35,516 bases of DNA. Origin: an uncultured Clostridia bacterium. Lineage in GTDB: Bacteria; Bacillota; Clostridia; Christensenellales; UBA1242. This document shows positions 29,401 to 34,829 of the stretch, piece by piece. Below the pieces are notes generated by a model, which had not been told where the DNA came from, ran no database searches, and saw only the letters and a program-made list of their open reading frames with translations. Each line of letters starts with the position of its first letter. Position 1 is the stretch's first letter. The DNA is taken from contig CAJFOL010000073.1 in the NCBI GenBank assembly GCA_904397185.1, positions 1 to 35,516 of the forward strand, in the 5' to 3' direction. A program made the position numbers and the translations under genes.

Positions 29401-31414
29401 CACTTGCAACAAAATCATAATAAGATACATCTATATCTGCTACCGCCTCATAGTTACCTGAGGAGTTGAATGAGTAAAACAGTGGTGTTGTCGACCCATT
29501 TTTGAGCATAATACTTGATAAACTTTCGTTATTCTCTTGTATTGCATTTCCTGCCAAATCATAAGACAGATTGTTTGTAGAATAATCGGTTACTGATGCC
29601 GAGGCATTATGTAAAATTACCACACTATTAAACGGAAGGAAGATGTTTATATCAAACTCTTCGCTTTCAAAGCCGTTCTCATGGCAAATCTTATAATGGT
29701 CAATACTTGTTACACCATAACTTGACCTATTTAAAGTCAATGTCACTGCAAATGTGACCGAATCGGTTGTTGCTGATACAAAAGTAGGTCCAGTCAGTGT
29801 CACATTTTCGCTATCCACATCAAGGTACAATCCATCTATTGTCGTCTGTCCTTGCAAAGTAAAGTATTTTGTTTGTGATATGGCTGTTCCGCTTGCACTT
29901 GAGTCAATATTAAAGTCGGCATCCTCGAAGACAAAATCCTCTTGTGTCACACTCTTTATAAGTTGAACGTCAAATGTATTTGTAACCTCTTCATTGTCTG
30001 CACTTCTAAAAGTTACCCTTATACCCTCGAAATTTTGAACTCTCAAATCTGATGCCGCTTTCATGTAAATTCTATCAGCCGAAAGCATATTCTCATCGCG
30101 GGTTGTGTATACGTTGCCGTCATATTCAAGCAATGCTTGAGTGATAGTGTTATTTAAAGAATCTTGATACCAAAATTCCACAGGACAGCCACTAGACAAG
30201 CCTCCTTCTGGCAAAACACCATTTGTTATTTCAACACTGATTGAATACCTGCCAGAGGCATTTACCACTGTTGTTGGTGTCACTTCTACAAAATATTCTT
30301 TGCCATATATATTTCTATATTGTGAATAAAGGACCTGTGTTGTGCCTTCAATGTTGTCTGCCCCATCCGTTGAAATTGTTATACCATTTACCTTTTCTCT
30401 TACACTAACGTAGATAGGCAAGCTTCGAATTGCTGGCAAGTCATAATCAGAATAGCCAACCTCAAAATATACAACAAAATCTTCATTTAGACTTGTAATA
30501 TTCTTGTTTGTGTAAATTGCATAGATTGGGTTACCTTCGCCATCTTCCCCTGTCGACTCAATTATCAACTGGTCAGTGGCATTACCAAACGAGTCTGTAA
30601 CAGTGTAAGAAACCTCAAGGTCTTGAGTGAAGTTGAGTTTTACATATCCTGTATACTGCTCATCACTGGCAAGGTTTGGCACAATGGTAAAGGTAGAATT
30701 ATCTTCAGTTATTTGGTCATACTGCTGATTATCTCGGCTATAGGACCAAGAGAGAGTGAGGTCATCTTCAAGTTGGTCTATAACTGGAAGTTCTATATCA
30801 CAAGTAACTCCCTTCTCTGTCGTAGCCCTAATTATAATAGTATTTTGCTGATACTCAGGAGATATTGTTAAAACATTGCCATTTATAGAGGCATTTGCCT
30901 CACCATCATATAACTCCCAAGTTATTGTACGTCTAGAATTAGAAGAAGGATAGAAAGTTAAAAGATTGTAGTCAATAAGTTCAATGCTGTCGCCTCGGAT
31001 TGCGAAGTTAGATTTTTTGTCGGTCTCTTCTGTCCTTTGTTCCATAGCCGAAACCTCACTGAAAACATCGACATTTATAATCTTTGTGATGTTCCCTTGA
31101 TAAGAGGTCACGTATATTTGACCATAACCTTCAGATAGCCCTGTAATAGTTATTACAGTTCGCCCATCTGAAAGCCCTTCTGTCCTATATGAAAGTATTG
31201 ACGTATCTCGTGCATCGACAGAGACTTGGCTGTCGCTTGTTCCCGTGACAGTCACTGTAACCTCTGCAGTTGATGGCACTGTGTCATCACCTATCTGTAT
31301 TTCTACATATTGAGTTGACAGTGTCATTTGAATGTTGTTCGTTGTGCAAGCGGTCAATATAGTCGCCCCAAGCAAAACAAACATACTTAAAAGCCCGACA
31401 AAAAACTTTTTCAT
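11414..31414 (-). CDS. Giant 6666-aa surface lipoprotein (Ig-like arrays, GLUG/beta-helix modules, Gly-rich tip); putative adhesin
   Basis: Uninterrupted 20,001-bp ORF with GAGGAGG SD. Signal peptide MKKFF...LTA-C lipobox. Many GGLVG/GGIAG/GGIIG motifs. Big_2-like motifs such as SSDTSIVRTIGSSIVVVGTGDVTLTI. Rich in N/S/T/D. Confidence 0.93.
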   Translation of the reverse strand: MKKFFVGLLSMFVLLGATILTACTTNNIQMTLSTQYVEIQIGDDTVPSTAEVTVTVTGTSDSQVSVDARDTSILSYRTEGLSDGRTVITITGLSEGYGQIYVTSYQGNITKIINVDVFSEVSAMEQRTEETDKKSNFAIRGDSIELIDYNLLTFYPSSNSRRTITWELYDGEANASINGNVLTISPEYQQNTIIIRATTEKGVTCDIELPVIDQLEDDLTLSWSYSRDNQQYDQITEDNSTFTIVPNLASDEQYTGYVKLNFTQDLEVSYTVTDSFGNATDQLIIESTGEDGEGNPIYAIYTNKNITSLNEDFVVYFEVGYSDYDLPAIRSLPIYVSVREKVNGITISTDGADNIEGTTQVLYSQYRNIYGKEYFVEVTPTTVVNASGRYSISVEITNGVLPEGGLSSGCPVEFWYQDSLNNTITQALLEYDGNVYTTRDENMLSADRIYMKAASDLRVQNFEGIRVTFRSADNEEVTNTFDVQLIKSVTQEDFVFEDADFNIDSSASGTAISQTKYFTLQGQTTIDGLYLDVDSENVTLTGPTFVSATTDSVTFAVTLTLNRSSYGVTSIDHYKICHENGFESEEFDINIFLPFNSVVILHNASASVTDYSTNNLSYDLAGNAIQENNESLSSIMLKNGSTTPLFYSFNSSGNYEAVADIDVSYYDFVASETMTLDVFKNLVNTQDGILQIIENARANQQKYSAVAYFSADNSSIITSGVGFTYAVATFTGKGVDGDVTIIKIILIESYVAPDGMRITPSSDGQVNLYSANTVATRDDDLTKKTITINFTNTGITYKSIDNIRFVSTVKDSSGNSIMGESHTNSNSVVWDYGRYTIENITITDSQLRFTISTISNYEDFTFFDELEVHYQLLIDGEDGQEVLDVMWTTINITIRNAERVSSINWENSDEDGIYFEVGDDEPYYLILTTAPQSARNSNITYLITDDNGDVIDNDTFVNVNSVTTGTIGVSLSDIISQGTTGYIYLLPEDAIYNGNIIFSYFVDDQIVQSQVSARALGLLRSDGQTWYDFLVGNAFFTSNTSLDGEMEMVYFSDILLKIKITVADGSSFDYAYRIYDENSFNGIIPSLYYTVMNSLDISSTRVSIDSFSGGLQGYDENVTINFNGANFANTLTEDAIIRNITFQGTVTGQGFVANTNDGTIENVTVDVYQTYPSVLNYDGREMTGGLVGVNNGTISGSSVLGLTINAQNATVGGIAGQNNGEISYGRVEFYNLTDRADDTQTAYNTFTGAVVGGIVGQATEGSSILYSYAYNYNIDNYIEDNISVINATIKGTIVGQLSGQTRIYYSFGVIDNVAYYAGNDMGSTYANITSNSDFYWSYYLLDEYTSSYYNENSGNLISSGSGYYTYVNNENPHFRDLYQEEKVTDVSGGAIQNYDEDGYYKSLSVNENSGILFYYSVERGTADLTSSAQNDLNELNTISLSQLLDLENVTDNIIITSSDTSIVRTIGSSIVVVGTGDVTLTISSKHDVLNTKTIDVKVMYALSQMIVSYTDNANNSYEIQENSVTYLQRTKSRQYTVTFENSTILLGNTASQYSLVANDMTLTMTPSVGNSLDITPINNIFMVGTNKDSVTTSIEVDAIITDGEYQSAINSVFSRSFTITPVDGVISFNYTGESIPLTPSTNAALRVEVDTTAQSDKDNLQPIISYNGDELHITKDEVLSANNKTVYHYTLPQDYMADENNYILSATVTLLNEDDAFDEETETYGYLFEISFSVYVDYRSNIARDMDFVVTFRSNSNIDSSDLSSGNNNGQVLLNLTRQKFTNIDVTSYKVENSYWTNDNGIYRTVHQKGDQTSVVTPGSNTILQVTANPSFAHYDYMELSYSNASVANAVSFELVMPYNNNNNFVGYDGADVSVYANTIRFTPNSDQNNDGTLYFRTAISSQVNSDSTIRFTASFFTSEGTLLSTVNYYLTINYLSEPVVLVDGETQSYVALGSTVDVEVQVRQDQVVESATLVGDNIQEVYISSLSTPTTDPITGIKTYTASITAGVNASVNSSNNSLSLLVKVSRTINGVKESRDYFATITLVDIKVDTNNIQIVGADNGNLDAWAGVTSAFEVEYNVLPESYTYDHNDEESVAKVSELLQKRQEFLVNQYHVSSKTFTDASGESSTLIQYAINYDIENNRPYKLSERLFYIVNGNEEIPVLDNYRYTAGARFEFIENTNGTEEASIIGARQGETVQFRLKTFVYTSGSATGTPMTYNTDFTVTVGVYSDEDLPISINSASDFENLDPSNYTGTVTQNDYILMNDIVLDEHTPFNTNLISSLDGNGYTIHIRSFNLTSTSSELNIALFNNVLESTTLKNVRVNIYNGGQLTINLSALNNNVQINIAGLAISNAGIITNSEVVSFYTTGNAVGQSESLLEPATNEHNNPSGFNVKFIRGALTTESVYLTAGSSWSTQMAGFVISNSGNITNSRVGGDEVTILGEDRTEVAENGDVIAMGYTFASTIDLDTFYMIGQGDMAGFVLTNSGSISASFVKLLDMENQSRATAYDTSGFAGTNSGTILTSYAEGKQDETNTNDWAKFAYTGTSLKSAYGIIAGFINSNNGLIKDSYSNILISNSSNSLNVYLASGFVYRNEGTIETSYSASQIANSRSTQMNFSGVNESGDLLANGTYTNCYYFNYQYYGNEEASDSSNEALYSTGAILIPDPENSTYFYGFAIADSEYDGIWSNVVGEGIKLIEPNIKTYSHRYVSYIAEGSEVGGVVGVDDQGEYVLPYAILQFTDSTREINTSLGSSNNPILIANAQDFVDAMGLSTSSYEGQYFNSYSIWGTYRLVGDVNLSDLSTSITLPSVSKSFSGRLYANGFTISNLSIASEGEGVAYGLFASLESRNGSTPLVSNLNLEIDQVIAGDITMVGGLAGYAKDSILVGIDISFSDDSQVNGLNFVGGLVGLSFGNSVIKNITVTNPNVIADRYDSNDYFTTESIRTIRNEIRNNLNNSTVVSSPLVNTLSVYSYAGSVVGYADHFTTLLDGFNINQAENFTINNIRVSGRVYVQGQVAGGIFGLTAYQTNVRDAGITIEADSDNTQSHIIATKFFAGGAIGQSFGSLSRIFAVYDDSTQSEIENNMSSFYTGDNSTERGATNLFYLDNSSYNQEYIGGLVGYVESGRMEISYSKLNVVSMASNFAGGIIGGINLSSANTYQAEAELLGDDQEIYTKYFINEVFATGDVRARQDGESGVMTAGGIIGANYGSGRIALMAVNALNYISNYDYNANSYLTFNSSINVSETFKTNLILGSSFDLGESGKWVYTNLNDSNYTPYLNLIRLSNEGDAGQGSILSPTVAFYESYTFNGNIMSLNLFGDVDSSIEDNTLYETNYVYAINSPINYTSSAIGHTFTQQGFLSSGVWNTENWTHPTDDLFPSIQYQRVSNVIYLDAYDESIERAFDIMQSPNSDITIIVRGLVSADAEDTTGNYVDIDLATYFNNNYTPISNFSGSLVGHTNTYTTVDATTGEERPIRIISDQSFIESVGAGFYLDDVVIEYVPKSGSEIKITANNGNAGLFSTGSLNEATITNLRIYIDAPINTTVALNTGSNINVGILAPEIINSTIINVSIDTVTYPSSDFTDSDSLLNVYFTTSSSAGDNSPISVDSLSVGMLAGRMYQSSTSSTMQVNGLNMSIHSNLINIDGSARQNDSFRNTNFTNMYVGGYFGLIEREANALRMNLSLQGIERINSSNDENQRVTVSHASATNAYIAGYIGYNHGLDTLTLQSNFTGSVDVYLNDTSSATSSFTTLHTGIIFGRADNTNVNAINFNSARFDGGLYVVQNSGSENNVTITSLYAGGYAGSLGSSMTITNLSELNYEIVALSSASSGVSEISKDTLDSNDYASNTLTLGTANTVGIVKAGVVVGSTNAYFSMGADLTRLNANGESFRFVGISDDSAIGSVLGETTATSLAELRNNTVNITSGVVSYAQFVVIGSGEIDDSPAVGGIIGSVYKTDTSAGGNSISRVNVGAQNSSYVAFNGAVYSNISNITFGGIIGETNFTSASDTVSLINTSFGGMLKVYGANSQGGDVIAGGLVGRLGSPAGISQTIQATITNSFNYGDVYVCYDDNLEELDSYVFGGLLADISSQYRIVANGNYSMVTNHNARDEVNSTNTTYTSIGALFGRAPSPQSALSNNYYSSSVSLCIDNYGSDIGYLVPYIGDGYGYNSTNNLSLSTDGTNELSMLGRYAQINTLLSVDNVDVGHKLQPYELTNDTTIIPNSYKFNGMTYATISQNSADLSFTEPFTLEVGTELEVGTDKTTLKDVAIIGGAGEINYTVNDSSETHSSLINSLSGFSYVSGLVVNVDISTNSMDSEGSTITLDDNYSGIANSMYDNSQIFAVQVKGKMDIGGNKVIDVAGVVTNLYSGKIEYATTALDIIYRGASDSGDMAEVYGLVGLRNELNGSISNSDNNKFVFNSYTTGSITSYISANLYAFASTLNTNTFEIANSYSITKLDLNDYTTSGKPTGELSIFGVDDENDNITDSYYDYNAINASVLEDDTDYKQNTDYVTGLTNNSESNLGIRNNYDKGDYDFNYGYPTSKFGFLKTSSYVSAGTTTQGTNYDEYITETEYTRLANNTRPSDYSNVYFIIPNAGLLAKADDIDYTITTDEGTTTTEVRNFVLWYDIDLSQSQYSTWTSLIFETTTTTDNGDTYIPINFDGREKTISGLTSPLFDMIGPSTGIEVVTRSNIRNLRLTDAEISSNGLLAIRIYDSDISNITLSGSIKNATVGELIDKSNNSGFLELINDLLQGLFDDFNITSIFGEDFKYLTIGALASEAQNSTISTVTNMVTIDVDGFSSGYSVLAVGGIVGTMLDSTINYSSNYAPINVYSTANTATQNYYVGGIVGLVASADDDGESAINYSYNATSVMAGYANNSGLLTNLGQYYVGGVAGFSSADDLTIQGSYNSGTIKSGNKYNGKTNEDGNIQGFSYGGGIIAKAKNASVTSCYNEGTIEALGASPTTGFYWEMDGREDLVLRQTSPRNVWAYAIGDIGDGSASGLAVLDASEDSVYMNGSMLEKDTEIQSWSWAEISDYVKVSSLNFHGESMLETEWLLPILFGPILYFSTIEKRIVEIDTEVVRPESGDANVYINSYNSFGLPKSFVVELSIQSTINYFTGKKAGVLINGVGNYGWRNRIDMGDGLESPHKVTNLEFSPVSYDEAYSDYVERYKGDDGTNKFVSSQSDAVSTTNGSSIKDGTRSHASGSETRQVQIGGTSYYIAEENNLRSIFNAGIYTYEITASLGNLPYMANTSYYSIEATGRTSGGQVSLTSSVLSVSENSITFRCYSDDELTGSISYSIHFDYDVTLSFNPSNVKYYYIDDYSVGIEINGINSFQPIGGYTLRSNLNPSIYYDRVVKAVLAEDGVTLDYLKENYPEVVYDEDFTDTDSNLTVLYFGLTESGLLVYLPNADLSNGRANVMVNEEDITLNGGTDFYDNVQTIINNRFSDKTYYCSVAGVSERIKDISFTNIRGNASDSVDNASGSSSGSANIEYGEVVTDWYNDNITSSEVILYNSIINLYIANEYEFAGSVTNYTLYHDRALIAQYSDTSGWSMGSSTTDSIVLNGNTYNYTIASYNGNLMFTFANLNLDETERSTLENQLRSFIQENFAVVDNLDGRGEFASYASFTTDSSNPSSTIIDSQGYEFRINLQSLSSNQGLAILSGIPVFSYSNGTWVKSANCPPFIIGGHTFDVSIEGNVLTLTIDGTVTESEIESINQQIISYLDTFTTIINNLDNSVTLDNLFASLETEFTQRTDITDDGEVVGYIEAIFEREFEYETSTNSATITDNILTINQSDLNGLTTYTLNGVTVYYGTLSVNYTQSYQTVLTNLTIGIDNSIFEIGDTVIYELWGGESESTLNTITKVSEGSEEYYTNILSPNYVLTNENNEYGIELFAGYALSEDDLDEITVVVRDSNPRISQLEYFIVQTNINLDEMILENTIIYYAVDNTAGGGKVIVGVSYFSEVSYEDGNPVNREGFNVYDVNDNLILSYDSAGQFNDEDGTREPSYVIYYNSNNEIINRYNQDAETYVQGESIEYSVNGGQYTFRPSRVYTSLQGQCVSIYDIISSATGQLYFTQDEFEYTDENDTNYILRLGRVGSTNYVMLNDRYTALDEITYKVEQALNGIQEFSTSINAVGYSWGSSKFARYNTYTISTGILEGDTSKFDVDLTTENGTSIGAYLDRVYRNEIIDGESAYVFLLKMVERVQDSTVKVKNFTFNISVKNAYSQTPTITNSDVVENAVKPNEPLSIILMNDISFDSSNMEPDGFVKKGNVNIIGNNYYISYFGSNFFKSLLGTNSYIKDIVFLGENDDTLFIKKTTTSSTSIQADIINIKYYGSIQRYNKNSGALIDYSGNYDGDTIEITSYVTITSDINTNNDLYSSGSHLQSNSQFYDLTLFKGLTSSSTPLKFTNFGYISSANGMDGENGDNATDFGEDGEDGEDASAGKNVIISSTNIISLTDDNMGFVNNGIIKAGDGGNGGAGGSGYRAEESISTLAEGYGEEARSEVPEPSEAGEGGQAGERGEIIVSTDSQEISAWAQNGINGISGARGRYGFTKIEMLDTNRWYQATNLNDFETAKIQRFDGTNIYRNGNTEDMNPLILSDVDQIFCEDGGYYIENYFQIGEDSIYATQYPKDWDGKSYEELVAAANTSEGEQQ
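18621..18656. repeat. Perfect 18-bp in-frame tandem duplication
   Basis: TCTGTGCCTACTTCTAAT x2, encoding LEVGTELEVGTD in the giant protein. Confidence 0.9.
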
Positions 31415-31478
31415 ATATCCTCCTCGTTTGTTGCCCTCAATGACAAAACAAACTTAAACAGCAATTTTGTATAAAAAG

Positions 31479-31508
31479 ATTATACATTTTTGCCATGTTT
31501 TTTGTCAA
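31479..31508 (-). promoter_or_regulatory. sigma-A promoter of the giant gene/radC unit
   Basis: TTGACA-N18-TATAAT, about 60 nt upstream of the ATG. Confidence 0.75.
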
Positions 31509-31632
31509 ATAAAATCAAATAAAATAGAAATAAATATATTTATATATTTAATTTTATTTTAGTTTTTAGTTTTAAAGAAAAAAGATATTTTTATGCATAA
31601 ATTAAATTTTTAATTTAAAAACAAATATTTAA

Positions 31633-31661
31633 TTGTATTTTTTTTACTTTTTTGATATAAT
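31633..31661 (+). promoter_or_regulatory. sigma-A promoter of ttcA
   Basis: TTGTAT-N17-TATAAT with TG extension, followed by an AGGGGT SD. Confidence 0.7.
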
Positions 31662-31682
31662 TTCATTGTTTTAGGGGTAAAA

Positions 31683-32393
31683 ATGCAAAAAATACTGAGT
31701 GTAATGCGTAAAGCATGTGAAAATTACAATTTGATAGAGGACGGTGACAAGATTGCAGTTGGTCTATCTGGCGGGAAAGATAGTCTAGCCTTGCTGACCG
31801 CATTAAAACGATATCAAAGTTTCATTGATAAGAAGTTTGAACTAATCGCTATTGCCATAGACTTAAGTGGTGGGAAAAACGATTATTCTGCCATCAAAGC
31901 CTATTGCGATGAGATTAATGTTGAACTCCACATCATCCCATCCAATGTCTTTGAAGTCGTTTTCGATATAAGAAAGGAGAAAAATCCATGTTCTCTATGT
32001 GCAAATTTACGAAGAGGACTGTTAAACAGCCATGCAAAAGAACTTGGATGCAATAAAGTAGCCTTAGGGCATCACAAAGATGACCTTATTGAGACCTTTT
32101 TAATGTCGCTCTTCTTTGAAGGACGTCTATCCACCTTTAAGCCTAAGACATATTTAAGCCGAGTGGATATCACAGTCATTCGTCCGCTAATTTATTGCGA
32201 TGAAAGTGAGATAATCAAAATTAGCAATAATTTCCCTATACTCTACAATAATTGTCCAGCGAACAAGCATACAGAACGTGAGAATGCAAAAAAGATTCTT
32301 AAAAATCTTGACCAAATATATCCAAATGCAAAAGAAAAAATATTCAATGCAATTATCAATCCACAGAGATATAATTTATTTGATAAAATCTAA
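31683..32393 (+). CDS. ttcA: tRNA 2-thiocytidine(32) synthetase TtcA family
   Basis: PP-loop SGGKDS, CSLCANLRRG, ALGHHKDD, VIRPL and a distal Cys (NCPA). Confidence 0.9.
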   Translation: MQKILSVMRKACENYNLIEDGDKIAVGLSGGKDSLALLTALKRYQSFIDKKFELIAIAIDLSGGKNDYSAIKAYCDEINVELHIIPSNVFEVVFDIRKEKNPCSLCANLRRGLLNSHAKELGCNKVALGHHKDDLIETFLMSLFFEGRLSTFKPKTYLSRVDITVIRPLIYCDESEIIKISNNFPILYNNCPANKHTERENAKKILKNLDQIYPNAKEKIFNAIINPQRYNLFDKI

Positions 32394-32501
32394 AAAAAAT
32401 TAATAAAAAAAATCATTTTTACTATTTTTAACGTATTTTTTTGATTTTTTTTGAATTTTTTGGCAATTTTTAATTAATTATTAAAATCAATCATACTTTT
32501 A

Positions 32502-32530
32502 TTGACGAATTTTAAAGACAAAATTAATAT
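32502..32530 (+). promoter_or_regulatory. sigma-A promoter of gpmI
   Basis: TTGACG-N17-TAATAT, preceded by phased T-tracts. Confidence 0.65.
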
Positions 32531-32549
32531 AAATTTAAAGGAGAAAATT

Positions 32550-34052
32550 ATGGTTACACTTATTATTTTAGATGGTTTTGGAATCAGCAAAGAAAAGTTT
32601 GGAAATGCGATCACTTCGGCAGGAACACCTAATCTTGACAAACTTATAAGGATGTATCCAAACACCACACTCAAGGCAAGTGGCAATGCTGTTGGGCTTC
32701 CTGAAGGTCAAATGGGCAACAGCGAAGTTGGGCATTTGACTCTTGGAGGTGGACGAGTTATACTTCAAGATTTAATGAAAATTGATAACGACATCAAGAC
32801 AAAAGCATTTTTTAACAACAAAAATCTTTTAAAAGCCTTAAATCATGCAAAAGAAAAAAATTCGGCTCTTCATATTATGGGGCTTCTCTCAGATGGCGGA
32901 GTCCATTCGCATATAAATCACCTGTTTGCAATAATTGACATGGCAAAACAAAATGGACTTAAAAAGGTCTATATCCATGCTTTTCTTGATGGAAGAGACA
33001 CACTTTACAATAGCGGAAAAGGTTATATCCAACAACTTGAAGATAAATTAAAAGGCACTGATTACAAAATCGCCTCTCTTTCAGGAAGAATTTATGCTAT
33101 GGACAGAGAACAGCGGTACGAACGGCTACAAAAAGCATACAATGTTTTAATATACGGAGAAAATTACAAAGATGAAAGTGCTTTGGACGCAATTGAAGAC
33201 AGTTATAAGCAAGGCGTCTATGACGAATTTGTTGAACCAATTTTACTTGTAAAAGATGCCACAATCAAAGATGATGATAGTGTTATCTTCTTCAATTATC
33301 GCTCAGACAGAGCAAGAGAGTTGACCTCTGCTCTCACAGATGAAAATTTCAACCACTTTAAGACAAAGAAGTTTAAAAACCTACTTTTCTCACCAATGGA
33401 AGAATATTCCGCCGAATTTAAAAAATTGAACGTCATTTATCCACCTGAAACAATTGAAGACAATCTTTCAGCAATCATATCTAAAAATGGGTTAAAACAA
33501 TTTCATATTGCGGAGACCACAAAATATGCCCATGTAACTTTCTTCTTTAATGGTGGAATTGAAAAGCCGTATGAAGGCGAAGACCGAAAATTAATTGAAA
33601 GCATAGATACTCAAGACTTCTCGTACTATCCAAAGATGAGAGCAATTGAAATTACAGAAGCGACACTTGATGCCATTGCCTCTGCAAAATATGACTTTGT
33701 TTTAGTGAACTATTCAAATCCTGACATGATAGGTCATACAGGAAATTTTGAAGCGACCAAACAGGCAATAGCCTGTGTAGAAAAACAAGCATATGCACTT
33801 GCTCTTGCAACCCTTATGGCAGGAGGCGATTGTATCATCACCGCTGACCACGGTAATGCCGAGTATATGATTGACAAAAATGGGAAAAAGATAACCTCTC
33901 ACACGACCAACCCAGTGCCAGTCATTTTAGTGAGTGAAAGATATAAAAAGGTTAGGCTTAAAAGAGGATGTTCTATTGCAAACATTGCACCAACAGTACT
34001 AAAACTATTAAATCTTGAAATACCTTCAACTATGGAAAAATCATTATTTTAA
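32550..34052 (+). CDS. gpmI: 2,3-bisphosphoglycerate-independent phosphoglycerate mutase
   Basis: ILDGFG, GQMGNSEVGH, DGGVHSH, DGRDT, NPDMIGHTG, TADHGNAE. Start moved to ATG 32550, which follows AAGGAG. Confidence 0.98.
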   Translation: MVTLIILDGFGISKEKFGNAITSAGTPNLDKLIRMYPNTTLKASGNAVGLPEGQMGNSEVGHLTLGGGRVILQDLMKIDNDIKTKAFFNNKNLLKALNHAKEKNSALHIMGLLSDGGVHSHINHLFAIIDMAKQNGLKKVYIHAFLDGRDTLYNSGKGYIQQLEDKLKGTDYKIASLSGRIYAMDREQRYERLQKAYNVLIYGENYKDESALDAIEDSYKQGVYDEFVEPILLVKDATIKDDDSVIFFNYRSDRARELTSALTDENFNHFKTKKFKNLLFSPMEEYSAEFKKLNVIYPPETIEDNLSAIISKNGLKQFHIAETTKYAHVTFFFNGGIEKPYEGEDRKLIESIDTQDFSYYPKMRAIEITEATLDAIASAKYDFVLVNYSNPDMIGHTGNFEATKQAIACVEKQAYALALATLMAGGDCIITADHGNAEYMIDKNGKKITSHTTNPVPVILVSERYKKVRLKRGCSIANIAPTVLKLLNLEIPSTMEKSLF

Positions 34053-34105
34053 AATTATTAAATTACCAAAAATAAAAAAATACACTTAAATACATTATTT
34101 TTTCA

Positions 34106-34143
34106 AAAAAACATATAAAAATGCAAATTTTTATATGTTTTTT
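34106..34143. terminator. Bidirectional terminator between convergent gpmI and MBL genes
   Basis: Perfect 17-bp inverted repeat AAAAAACATATAAAAAT-GCAA-ATTTTTATATGTTTTTT. Confidence 0.8.
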
Positions 34144-34166
34144 ATTGTTTTATTTTAAATTTTTAA

Positions 34167-34787
34167 TTATTTTATATAAATTTCATAATTTATATCTTTG
34201 TCTAAATATGATATAAATTCTTTCTCATTTTGTTTTGTTCCTACAATCGCATTGTAATGCGATGGAATGACAAGTTTTGGTTTTATGATATTTGTAAGTT
34301 CTGCTCCCTCTTTGCCATCCATGGTAAATGTACCGCCTATTGGCACAAACAGACAATCGCATTTTATCTTTTTGTTATCCTCATTGATATCACAGTCGCC
34401 TAAAATTGCATAGCTGATATTTTTATATGTTATTTTATATCCCACCCAGCCGTATTCTTTTTTATGGAATTGTTTATTGACGTTATATGATGGAAAGGCC
34501 TCGACCCTTATTCCGTCAAGCAAAAATTCTTGATTTGGCTGGACTGCTACCATCTTATTTTTATAAGTTTTCTTTATCTCCTGAGCGACATCCATAGGAG
34601 CGATAAATATAGTATCATCACACACTATCTTATCAATATCTTCAGGCGAATAGTGGTCATAGTGAGCATGAGTTATAAAAATATATTTTGCCTTGTACTC
34701 CCCTGTTATCTTATAAGGGTCAACGAAGATTTCATCCCCTATCATTATTGAACTATGATAAAGTACTTTTGCATTATAATTTAACAT
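34167..34787 (-). CDS. MBL-fold metallo-hydrolase
   Basis: VDPY, THAHYDH, GD, VPIGGTFTM and IPSHY motifs. AAGGAG SD. Confidence 0.92.
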   Translation of the reverse strand: MLNYNAKVLYHSSIMIGDEIFVDPYKITGEYKAKYIFITHAHYDHYSPEDIDKIVCDDTIFIAPMDVAQEIKKTYKNKMVAVQPNQEFLLDGIRVEAFPSYNVNKQFHKKEYGWVGYKITYKNISYAILGDCDINEDNKKIKCDCLFVPIGGTFTMDGKEGAELTNIIKPKLVIPSHYNAIVGTKQNEKEFISYLDKDINYEIYIK

Positions 34788-34829
34788 TTTTATCTCCTTT
34801 TTGCTAAAAAAACAATAAAAAATTCAATT

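Noticed and set aside
11414-31414. Round length (20,001 bp, 6666 aa) as a sign of artefact, and the giant protein as an M26 protease, RTX, NRPS or RHS toxin
   Set aside because: Natural promoter, SD, lipobox and coupled stop argue that the length is coincidence. I saw no HExxH, RTX nonapeptide arrays, YD repeats or NRPS motifs.
752-34751. Many short opposite-strand or nested ORFs in the ORF track (for example 752..1135, 8305..8799, 17178..17582, 23743..23979)
   Set aside because: They are shadows of well-supported genes, mostly with TTG/GTG starts and no recognisable motifs.
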